From: an uncultured delta proteobacterium
GTDB taxonomy: Bacteria; Desulfobacterota; Binatia; Binatales; Binataceae
Reading direction: 5' to 3'
DNA length: 64,000 nt
Assembly (NCBI GenBank): GCA_963747115.1
Contig: CAVVEB010000019.1
Coordinates: 76,704-140,703 of the forward strand
Numbering within the stretch: the stretch's first letter is position 1; each line of letters opens with the position of its first letter. The notes under the pieces are model-generated. The model was not told the origin of the DNA. It did no database searches and saw only the letters and a program-made list of their open reading frames with translations. Shown in pieces: positions 46,766 to 56,172 of the stretch. The translations under genes and the position numbers were made by a program.

Positions 46766-47271
46766 CACACTCGCAGGCTTCGTGGCGCGCGATCACCGCG
46801 CGCAATGCGCGGCTCATCCGTCCGGCACAGTTGTCGCGAATCATAAGAGCGACAACTGTGCCAGCCACCCTCCTATTTTCGCTTCGACTCCACTCGCGTT
46901 CCGCCTCAGCGGCTTCGCGTCTCGCTACTGCGAGAGAAGGGCTTTGGGAAGACCGCACCAACTTTCGGCGGGCGCGCGCTTCAGGATCGCCGAACAGTTT
47001 TCGGCGCTCAACCCGAGATTCCGTCGATGAAGAGCCCCAGCTTATTCTGGCGCCGCCTCACCCGCAGCGGTATCTCACGCGCTATCGATAAGTAGGGTGT
47101 GGCGCTGCGCCGCCGGCTTGCCGGAAGTAGTGTCTCCTCCAGGACTATCTGGCCGCAAAATGAAACTTCAGAATCACAGCTGGCGCCGCCCAGGTTGAGA
47201 AAACGACCTGCCTGCATCCTCTGTTGAGCAGCGCCGATGGTGATGCTAACGGATCATGCTCGGAGGTCCCC

Positions 47272-48400
47272 TTGAAACGATCGACCAAGCTTTTTCTGAT
47301 GGTAATGGTTCTCGCGTTGGCAGGATGCGCACAGCACCCTGCGTCATCTCCCAACCCGCCGGCTCAAACCGGCGCCGCTGCTGCCTGTGCGGATAAGCAC
47401 GGCGTGTTCGTCACTGGCCCAAAGATGATCACCCCGCGTGACCAACAGGCCGCGGCCTTGCTCGAAAATGGTCAGGTTCTGATCGCGGGTGGCTTGGGCG
47501 CGATGGACTCGAGTGAGATCTACGATCCCGCAAGCGACAGTTTTAAGGCGGGGCCACAAATGACCGCCAAGCGCATGAGAGCCGTGGCGACTCGTCTCCA
47601 GGATGGCCGAGTGCTGATCAGCGGCGGAATGGGTGACCATACGGGTGCTCTCGATAGTGCGGAGGTCTTCGATCCAAAAACGAACACCTTCACTGCTACG
47701 GGACCGATGAGCACGAAGCGCGTAGCTCATTCGGCGACGTTGCTCGAGGATGGAAAGGTGCTGGTCACGGTGGGGAGAACAGCCGATCTCTTCGATCCGG
47801 CGACCAATACTTTTGCTCCTGCTGGAAAGCCGTTGCTAAACGGACATGAGAGTTCAGGAACCCGGCTTCAGGACGGACGAGTGTTGCTTGTATGCGGCGG
47901 CCAGAACATTCTGGATTTCAAGGCGGCGCAAATTTACGATCCCAGGACCAACGAGTTCACGCACACTGGAGATATGGCGGTGCCGTACTTCATGTGCTCC
48001 AGCACGCTCCTTCCCAACGGCAAGGTATTGATTTCCGGTAACGGAGGCGACCAAAAGACGCAGGCGGCCAGCTTTACGATCCCGCAACCGGAAAATTCAG
48101 CCTTGCAGGCACCACGGCGGTTCCCGTGGTGGATCCGCTTCAGGACCCGCTGAAAGATGGCCGGGTACTAATGATGGGAATCATGTTGCCATTTGATCGT
48201 CATCACGATGACACCACCGCGGCCGCGATTTATGACTCCTCGTCTTCGACGTTCAGTAAGGCGGGCACTCTAAAGCCCATGCGACAAACTGGTATACGTT
48301 GACTACTCTTTCGGACGGCAGCGTTTTGATGGCGGGAGGTGGGGAGCGCATTCTGCGGAAAACAAAGTTCTCGGATAACGCGATGCTGTACTGTCCGTGA
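47272..48400 (+). pseudogene. Kelch/galactose-oxidase-like beta-propeller lipoprotein, interrupted by two frameshifts
   Basis: TTG 47272 lies 5 nt after GGAGG and gives MKRSTKLFLMVMVLALAGC (lipobox). There are repeated units ...DGRVLI(S/A)GG...AE(V/I)(F/Y)DP.T..F. The reading continues in the -1 frame after about 48056 (QLYDPATGKFSLAG...) and again after about 48288 (NWYTLTTLSDGSVLMAGG...MLYCP*). Confidence 0.65.
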
Positions 48401-48749
48401 TTACCGGCAATTTCAGGCGCGGCTATTGGGCGCGGTATCTCCGCGTTGCGTAAGCGGTTGCTGTAACCGGAGGCACCTCTACCTCGATGGCTCCCGCCCC
48501 GATTTTTTCGCGCGCGAGGCGCTCGACCCGAAAGCAACTTTGCTAAAGATGTGCATCTTTGACAGTGGGGCGCGCAGGCTTCAGCCGGCGCCTCAGAACG
48601 CTCCTTGTAGCGCGCGCGAAGCACTCATTCGCGACCGAAACGCATCATTTGCGCTCGTTTCCGCGACTCCGCAACGACATCGCGACGCCTCGCGACAACA
48701 TCCGAGCAACACATTTGCAACATTTTGAGGTGCCCGCCGCGTGCGCGCA

Positions 48750-50856
48750 TCAGTTCCCGTCGCGCGCTATCTGCGGGTTCGGCATGAAGTTTTGGGTGGC
48801 ATTACTGAGCTGAAAAACATGCGCCTGATACGGCGCGAACGTCATCGAAAAATTGCTCGCCGAAGTCCGCGTCACCGCCGCGCCGGGTTCATCGTGCACG
48901 GTCACCGTCGCGGCCGGCTGCGCCAGCGTGAAGGTCGCGCTGAGCGCGGACGCTGAATGGTTATACGCGATGACATAGCGCGTGCCATTTCCGAGGTCCT
49001 TGGTTTTGGTGACGATGGTGCCGGCGGCGGAGTTCGCGGTGAGCACCGGCGCATCGGGCATCAGCAACATCGGCTCGAGCGATTTGATCTCGGAGGTGAC
49101 ATCGATCAACTCCTGATATAAGGCGGCGCTCTGCGTCGGATTCCTTACCGAGTACAAGCCGCGCAGACCATACGACCAGTAGAACAGTCCGTTGGCGCCC
49201 TCCGCGATCGCCATCCAGCTCATGTCGTGCAGTTGCTGCTCGGTCGGCCATTGCGATTTGGTGGTCCCCTGAAAAAACTGGATCACGGTCCATACCGGAC
49301 GGGCGCCCTGCACGGTTTGCACCGCCAGTCTGGTCCAATCGGCGACTTCGGCAAGGTTGTTATTGGCCGCATACTGGATCGGATAGGGATCGACGCCGAT
49401 AACATCGATGGTGTCTTTCCAGTACGGAAGATTCAGCGGATGGTTGGAGACGGCGAGGTTGAAACCCGACGGATCGCCGCCCTTGATCAGCGCGTATTGA
49501 TCGAAGGTCTCGGCCTGCACCGCCAGACTCGGTTCATCCTGCACGTAGTAACCGGCCACGCCGGTATCGGGCGCCAGGGTCGAGGTAAAATCGGAAATCA
49601 GCGCATTGGGATCGGTGGTGCCGAATTCTTCTCCACCGCTTTCGGATAGCTGGGTTTGTCGGGTAAAAGTTGCTCACGGTCGGCAGAAATACCATCCCGA
49701 GCGACTGCATCGCGGTGGTGTAAACCTTGATCGCGGAGGTGGGCGCGCTGGAGATGTAGTAATTGATGATCATGTTGATCGGCGCCCTGGCAATCGCCGT
49801 CAGCCGCGGCAGGTAGTAGCTCGCGCTCAGCGAATATTGGGTGGTGTCGTAGATGCCGAGCACGAAATGCTGATTGCCGTCGATGAAGTGGGCCCGGTTG
49901 CCGGGATCGATCCACGCCTTCATATCGGCGCGCGCCGAGGCGTCCAGCTTCACGATCGAATAAGCGGATTGCTGCAGCAGCAACTTTCCGCCGGCGTCCA
50001 TCAGCTTGCCGGAAACCTGGTAAGTGCCGGGCGGGAGCGCGCCCATATCGAGGGTCGCGGTAAACTGATTCGCATCCGGGGAGAAGGACTGCGCCGCCAC
50101 GATGTTGCCGGCCGCATCGACGGCGTCGAGCTCGACTTGAACCTCGCTCAGCGGCACTCCGCCGACGGGATTGACCGCGAGCGCGAAGCTCGCCACCTGG
50201 CTCTGATCGCTGAACATCAAACCGCGATAGTTCGGGTAGAGCAGAAAAGTCGTCAGCGGCGGCGGGAGCTCTTGTTGCATCGTGAGATTGGCGAACCAGG
50301 CCGCACCGGACGGCTTCGGGTACCCATAGTTGGCGACCTCGAAGATCCCCGTCTTACCCTCGGCCACGGCCGCGTGCTGGAAGGTGCTGGTTGTCCAGGC
50401 GGTGGTTCCGTTGATTCTCGGGGCAGCGCCGGCGCCGGTTAGCAGCAGCCGCACTCCGGCGGCCGCGTTCGAGCTGACGAAATTTTCGGTCATTATCTGC
50501 GCGCTGACGGTATAGTAGCCGCCCCCCTGCGCCTTGACCGAATTGACCGCGCTCGGATTGGCGTGATTGCAGGTGGCGGGATCGTTCAGCTTCATGCTGA
50601 CCGCGCCGTTGGGAGCAAGAGTGGTAGGGTCGAGGCTGAAGCATTTGGGCAGGAATTTCCAGCCACTGGTTCCATCGGAAAAATCGCCGTTCTCGAGCGA
50701 ATTGGGCGCCAGCGTGACGCCGACTGCGGGAGTCATCAGGCCGCCGACGGCCAATTGGGCGGCGCTCGCGCTGGTAGGAACAAATAGTAGGGTGATTATT
50801 CCAATGAGTAGGAATCGAGCGCGCACCGGTGGCGTCACGGTTTTGGACTTGAACAC
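48750..50856 (-). pseudogene. glycosidase-like paralog of 12884..14905, interrupted by two frameshifts
   Basis: Listed ORFs 49534..50856 and 48750..49559 are the N- and C-terminal parts. Between about 49655 and 49625 the paralog-matching residues (SYPKAVEK, then EFGTTDPNALISDFTSTLAPDTGVAGYYVQDEP) lie in the two other frames. The signal peptide RARFLLIGIITLLFVPTSASA is present. Confidence 0.65.
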
Positions 50857-51425
50857 GGATAGTTACCTCAGCGAAGACTGACTGTTACGAGCCCCACTCT
50901 TCGAATGAGCAAGAGTCCTGCCGCCGGGTACTGTCCCAAAAAGATACAGTCAGCGAAGCCGGTCGCATCACACGTCCCGCAATCGGTCATGTTCGTAAGC
51001 CGAGTCGCAATTCGAGACATCGGGCGCCCAGCGGCGCCGTCGCGTTAGGGTGAACGGCCCAATTGCAGATCCGCATGCGAGCTTGCGAAACTGGTCGGTC
51101 GAGGTGTCGATCAGGAGCGGATCGGGGACGGGTCAGGCGTGAAAGAAATCATTTAAATTCAAATATTTGCGAAGACTACGCGGGTCGCGTTGCGATCGCG
51201 ATCCCTTACAACCGGTAGGCCGCGCTATAGTGACGCTACGCGACTCAATGCGGGCGGAGACGCTTGCTTTCGGTTGTCCATTGGACTATTGGAGATGCGT
51301 CTTTTGTCAAATTGGACTATTTTCCACCGTCAGGTGGATAATATGAGAGCACGGGGACAGCTTGTACGCCATTTTTTGACATCCAGTTTAAACCAGAGGC
51401 CGTATCAAACTGAGGGGACAGTCCG

Positions 51426-52214
51426 ATGATCGACAACACCGACAGCGACGATTCACAGAAGCTCGAAAGCCAACTAACCGCATGGGGCGTACCACCAGAA
51501 CTCGCAAAGGAGCTACGCGAATACCACAGTCGGGTCACCTTCGCGCCCGGCGAAGTGATCTATACCCAGGGCTCGCCGGCCGACATTTTGTATTGGGTAA
51601 TCAAGGGCGTCGCCAAGATTACCTGCCCGCAACGCAACGGAACGCGAATCCTCGCGCGCCTGGTGACTGCGGGAGAATTCCTGGGATTGGCTGACGAACG
51701 CGACGAAAAAAATCATTGGGTGAGACGCTTCGATGCGGAGGCGGTCAGCAAGTGCGTGCTGGCAATGATCACCCGCCATCACGTCCGCGAATTGCTGAAG
51801 GTGCTGGACAACGAGTCGCTGCTCCAACTGATGGAACGCGCCAATTCAGCGTGGGCCGGATGGGTTCAGTATTATGCGATGTTCCTGGGTTATTCGTTCC
51901 GCGAGCGCCTCGAGTTAGCGTTGACGGAACTGGGACGAAAGTTTGGAGTTTCCGATAGCGACGGGATCCTGTTGACCTTCGAACCGGGACACGCCGATTT
52001 GGCCGAGATGATCGGCAGCTCGCGGCCGTTGGTCAGCCGCCTGATGGCGCAACTCCAGGACGAAGGAGAGATCGCGCGTCGCGGCCGCCGCTATGTTTTG
52101 TTAAACGCGGGAGTCATCGCTTCCGCCGCAAGCAAAGATTTCCGGCCATCGCGAGACGAGCCGGCTCAGCGCGCAAGAACGATCGTTCTGAACAAGACCA
52201 GCGTGGCTGCCTAG
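51426..52214 (+). CDS. Crp/Fnr-family transcriptional regulator (paralog of 35474..36406)
   Basis: FAPGEVIYTQGSPADILYWVIKGVAKI barrel and the HTH HADLAEMIGSSRPLVSRLMAQLQDEGEI. It is followed by a strong terminator. Confidence 0.85.
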   Translation: MIDNTDSDDSQKLESQLTAWGVPPELAKELREYHSRVTFAPGEVIYTQGSPADILYWVIKGVAKITCPQRNGTRILARLVTAGEFLGLADERDEKNHWVRRFDAEAVSKCVLAMITRHHVRELLKVLDNESLLQLMERANSAWAGWVQYYAMFLGYSFRERLELALTELGRKFGVSDSDGILLTFEPGHADLAEMIGSSRPLVSRLMAQLQDEGEIARRGRRYVLLNAGVIASAASKDFRPSRDEPAQRARTIVLNKTSVAA

Positions 52215-52261
52215 AAGCGTACTGGTCCATCGATCATTGATGATCGGAAAGTCCTGAGGTT

Positions 52262-52301
52262 GGCCATCGACTAGCTATAGTCGATGGCCGCTTCCATTTT
52301 T
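52262..52301 (+). terminator. rho-independent terminator
   Basis: GGCCATCGACTA-gcta-TAGTCGATGGCC perfect 12-bp stem, followed by GCTTCCATTTTT. Confidence 0.8.
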
Positions 52302-52753
52302 GGGCGGGGCCGTTGCTTATAAGCATCAAGTCGAATCCATGTGCCTAGAGTGATTATTCGCCCGATAGAACATATGTAGACGCTTAGTTACGTCTAATAC
52401 AATTGGTTTACTGTCGAAAGATAGTCATTTCTCACTCGGTTCCGGAGCTGAGACATAAGAACGGCTACTTCTGACCCTATGCTACTCATCCACTGTATGA
52501 CTGTAACTTGACCATCTTTGCACGCTTGAGCTACCTCTACGCGTTACATCTAGCAAAAGATGTTTTTTGTTCGGGGATGTCGACTATAAATCCGCACGCG
52601 TCGCGTGTGCGTATATTAATCGACGTAGAACGATCATCTCATCCGGGGCATCGGGGACTTGGTTCTCAAAATGTGTTCTGGGGAGAAAATTTTAAAAATG
52701 CGTGACGGACTAACCGTCGCGCGGGGAACTATGTCCCGGAGGGAATGTCAGTG

Positions 52754-55351
52754 ATGCGGCGAGCGAAATTTTCCACAATCTTTTCCTGGTTCATCGCTTC
52801 AGTCATGCTTCTTGCGCTCGGCGTCGCGGTCTCGGCGACCAAAGCGGCCGCGCAAGAGTTGTCAGTAACCAACGCGAATGACCAGGACGCCGCCGACCTC
52901 GCGGGAGATGCGCAGGCAGACGCGGAGTTTGCCAAAAGTCCGAGGGTCTCTCTCAATGTATTTCCGCATGCGCTGAATTTCGGCCTGGCTTCCGAACAGG
53001 AACTAATGGTCTTCATTATCAACGCGAAGAATGGTCCGGTTAACGTTAACGTCAACCCTACGATTCAGAATATCGGAAAGAGGGACCGGGGCTTCAGCGT
53101 ACAAAATTATATCGGGTTTCGGCGCACAAACGGTCACTCCAAACAGTCCCGGAATCGTATTTGTCCAATTTACGCCGCTAGCCAAGGGTAGTTACAAAGC
53201 GTTCATAGCGGTGACCAGCAACCTCAGCACAAAAGCCATCAAGGTCCGGCTGGCAGGTAGCGCAAAGGGCACGGTTGAAACTCCGAGGACACCGCGACCC
53301 CGACCGCAACCCCGACCGCGACGGCCACGGCAACTCGAACCGCGACCGCCACTCCCACATTAACCGCAACCGCAACCCTGACCGCCACCGCGACCGATTG
53401 CACTGCGACGCTTACCGCACCGCGACTGCCACTCCGACAGCAACCGCAACCCTGACTGCCACTCCGACCCAGACGGCAACCGCGACCTCGACTACCGGTG
53501 CGACTCCGACTGCGACCACGACCACCGGTGCGACTCCGACCGCAACCACGACCACCGGTGCGACTCCGACCGCAACCACGACCACCGGTGCGACCCCGAC
53601 TGCGACCACGACCACCGGAGCGACTCCGACCGCAACCACGACCACCGGAGCGACGCCTACTCCTACCGCGAGCTACCGGAATGGGGGCAACCCCGACTCC
53701 GACCGCGACGGTAACTGCGACGGCCACGGCAACTGCAACCCAAACCGCCACTGCGACGGTAACTGCAACCACGACCGCAACCGCGACCTCGACGGCGACT
53801 GCAACCACGACCGCGACGGCGACCTCCACCAGCAGTTCCTCGCCGACGGCCACTCCAACTTCGGCAGCTGGACCGCAGTCGGGCGACTTGCTGATCGCGG
53901 GTGGTGATCAGGGCGGGACCTTGGGCATATTCGTACCGCTGTCGGTTTCAGTGGTATCGGACAATGTCTCGCAAGTCTTCAACACTACGACTAATCAGTT
54001 CCAAGCGGTGGGCAATCTCGTGCATGACCGTGAAGCGACCAGCGCGATTCCGCTGCCCAACGGCAAGGTTCTGATCCCGGGCGGCTCTCATTGCGCCGCG
54101 ATGACCTATAGCAAGACCCAGTCCGCCGCCTGCGGGACCGCGACCTTCACCGGCTTCCAGTGCGACGCGCTCTCTACCGCTGAGTTGTACGACGAGACCA
54201 CCGGTATGTTTACCGCGGCAGGTTTGGGCGGCGGCGGCAGCGGCATGACTACCGCGCGCAGCGGCCCCTCGGGCACTGTGATTGAGGGTTCGGGCACGGC
54301 GCTGGATGGGCAGGTGCTGATCGCGGGCGGTTCGAGCGGCAGTACGTTTGTGGCCCTCTCAACTCCGCCCGCCGGATGCGGACCTTCGGGCCAGGCCGCG
54401 GTAAACACGGCCGAGATCTACAACCCGGCAACGGATACTTTCACCGCGCTACCCCATAACATTCCCCTACCCTCAACCTGCGGAAGCGGCGGCACTTCGC
54501 AATGCGGAATCTTGGACGACGGCGCGACGCTGCTCGGAAACGGAGAGGTTCTGATCGCGGGCGGCGACCTGATTGCCTTCCTCGACGTATCTACCAAGCA
54601 GGCCGTGCTGTTCAATCCGTCGACCGAGATGTTTACGGCCACGGGCTCAATGAGCGTGGCGCGCGAAATTCCGGCCACCAGCATCCTTCCCGATGGACGC
54701 GTGCTGGAGGCGGGCGGCTTACTTGCCGAGTCAGGGCCATGCCTCGGCACCGCCAATCCGGTCGCGGTGTCGGCGAACAACACAGCGGAAGTGTACAATC
54801 CGATGACAGGGACGTGGACGGCGACCAGCAACAATCTGTCCCAGAAGAAAGTGGGTATTGCCGCGCTGCCATTCGTCAGTGGACCATTGGCCGGCATGCA
54901 GATTATCGCCGGAGGCGTGGATCCCGAAACGCCAAGCTTCCCTGCCTGCAAGGCACTGACTTCGCTGACGCAGCTTACCGAGTCATCGGCCGATCTGTTC
55001 GACGAGACGGCAGCTGGTGGAACCGGGGCGTTTACTCCGACCGGACCATTGACCCTGCCGCGTGATGGCCAAGCCAGCATCCCGCTCGGTTCCGGCACCA
55101 ACGCAGGCAAAATAATAGTGGCCGGAGGCTCGTGCACGAATAACGAGACTCTGGGCTTGTCGGCGTGGGTAATCGGTACCTCCGGAGCCGGTACAGGATG
55201 TAAGACCACTGGCCTACCCGCCAACGCAGGTCTGAACGACTACGCCGAACTGTATGATCCGGCGACCGGGACCTGGACGGTGCTCACCGGCACCGGCTCC
55301 GGCCCGGCAGTGACGCCCACCAACGCTTCGGCTTTCAACGTCCTGCCGTAA
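52754..55351 (+). pseudogene. secreted N-module / Thr-Ala-Pro repeat / Kelch-like beta-propeller protein with about four frame changes
   Basis: ATG 52754 lies 10 nt after GGAGGG, with signal peptide MRRAKFSTIFSWFIASVMLLALGVAVSATKAAA. Paralog-matching text sits in frame 2 to about 53081, frame 0 to about 53286 (GTGASAYKI...VRLAGSAKGTVETP), frame 2 to about 53419 ([18 protein letters not shown]...), frame 1 to about 53668 ((GATPTATTTT)x5) and frame 2 to the end ([14 protein letters not shown]... then Kelch-like repeats). Confidence 0.6.
53285..53850 (+). repeat. (ACN-GCN)n-type coding low-complexity tract (Thr/Ala/Pro), including a 30-nt unit x5
   Basis: accaccggtgcgactccgaccgcaaccacg repeats about five times from about 53491 to 53650. 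The remainder is degenerate Thr-Ala codon alternation. Confidence 0.85.
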
Positions 55352-55378
55352 GCCAGAGGCTACATAACGGACTCTTCC

Positions 55379-55422
55379 GCCGCCGTTACCGAGCAATACT
55401 CGGTAGCGGCGGCGCCTTTTTT
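55379..55422 (+). terminator. rho-independent terminator
   Basis: GCCGCCGTTACCGAG-caata-CTCGGTAGCGGCGGC (15-bp stem with one wobble), followed by GCCTTTTTT. Confidence 0.85.
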
Positions 55423-55761
55423 AGGTCGTGAAGATGCGCCACGGGGTCCAGAAAATCGGCCGCCAAAATGACGCCGCGATGAGCCCGAACTGTGTCTCCT
55501 AGGCGATAGCCTTTTCCGAACGGAACTAACCCTTATATGGCCGCGCCTCGCTCGCGCCGAAATATTCTCATCCCCTCGATCTTCTCGAAGTCTTGTACGG
55601 CAAACAAATGGGCGTCGTAGCAAGCGACTGTGGGACGCCTGCCTCGTTTCTGTTGCGGCGCTAAGTAAATGTGTCAGTCGAGGGACTCGAAAACCCGGCA
55701 GCGGAGCCACCGCTCCCAGTAAAATCAAGCATTTTCATCGCTTATTCGGTATGTCCCTTCG

Positions 55762-56085
55762 ATGGCACGCGGCGTGCTCTCAGGCAGGGGCTTACAAGAG
55801 AGGACAGATCGGATCATGCGATTAGATAAAATGACGCTAAGTGCCGCCGATGGCGATTCGCCCGACGTTGCTGATATTTGCGAAGTTATGCTGTTCGCGG
55901 GGGCTCGCCGACTCGGCTTCATGGTAACCGACGAGATGACCGTTGAGGCCCAGGAAAAGATTATGGCCGCAGCCGCATCTTTGGCGCAGGGAATGCTCCA
56001 CGTGCTGATCAACCAGGTCGGCGTGGCCAGAGTGCGGGAACTGATGGAATTCCCAGGAAGATCGGAGCCGGAACTTGGCAACTAG
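55762..56085 (+). CDS. small hypothetical protein upstream of the sigma-54 activator
   Basis: The ORF has coding-like third-position GC bias and no stops. The likely start is ATG 55816 or 55831. I recognised no motif, and both overlapping antisense ORFs look like shadows. Confidence 0.4.
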   Translation: MARGVLSGRGLQERTDRIMRLDKMTLSAADGDSPDVADICEVMLFAGARRLGFMVTDEMTVEAQEKIMAAAASLAQGMLHVLINQVGVARVRELMEFPGRSEPELGN

Positions 56086-56172
56086 GAGCGCGGCGCGTGG
56101 TCCAGCTAGGCGGTTTGATGCGCTCTCTTGTATGATGCCGAAGCGGCCTACGATGGCCACCAGCCCCGGCGC

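Larger units (their letters stand above)
44619..46815. repeat. tandem duplication of a ~1.07-1.17-kb composite module (copy A 44619-45783, copy B 45784-~46815)
   Basis: Copy B matches copy A at offset 1165, then at offset 1072 after the extra 93-nt unit in copy A. I saw only scattered substitutions (for example gtggcacc vs gtgccacc). Confidence 0.9.

Noticed and set aside
44619-46815. Possible CRISPR array, considered because of the regularly recurring about 40-117-nt repeats.
   Set aside because: The repeats occur as inverted pairs and as one 93-nt head-to-tail duplication, not as short direct repeats separated by unique spacers of uniform size. There are no cas genes in the window.
53239-53853. 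Antisense and off-frame ORFs across the Thr/Ala tracts. Examples are the VAVAVAV-type ORFs 53239..53853(-), 59396..59743(+) and 63108..63575(+), and the Arg/Cys/Gly-rich ORFs such as 59794..60090, 60328..60516 and 63572..63877.
   Set aside because: They are automatic by-products of (ACN-GCN)n coding repeats read on the other strand or frame. The Thr/Ala frame alone is continuous with the conserved N- and C-terminal domains.
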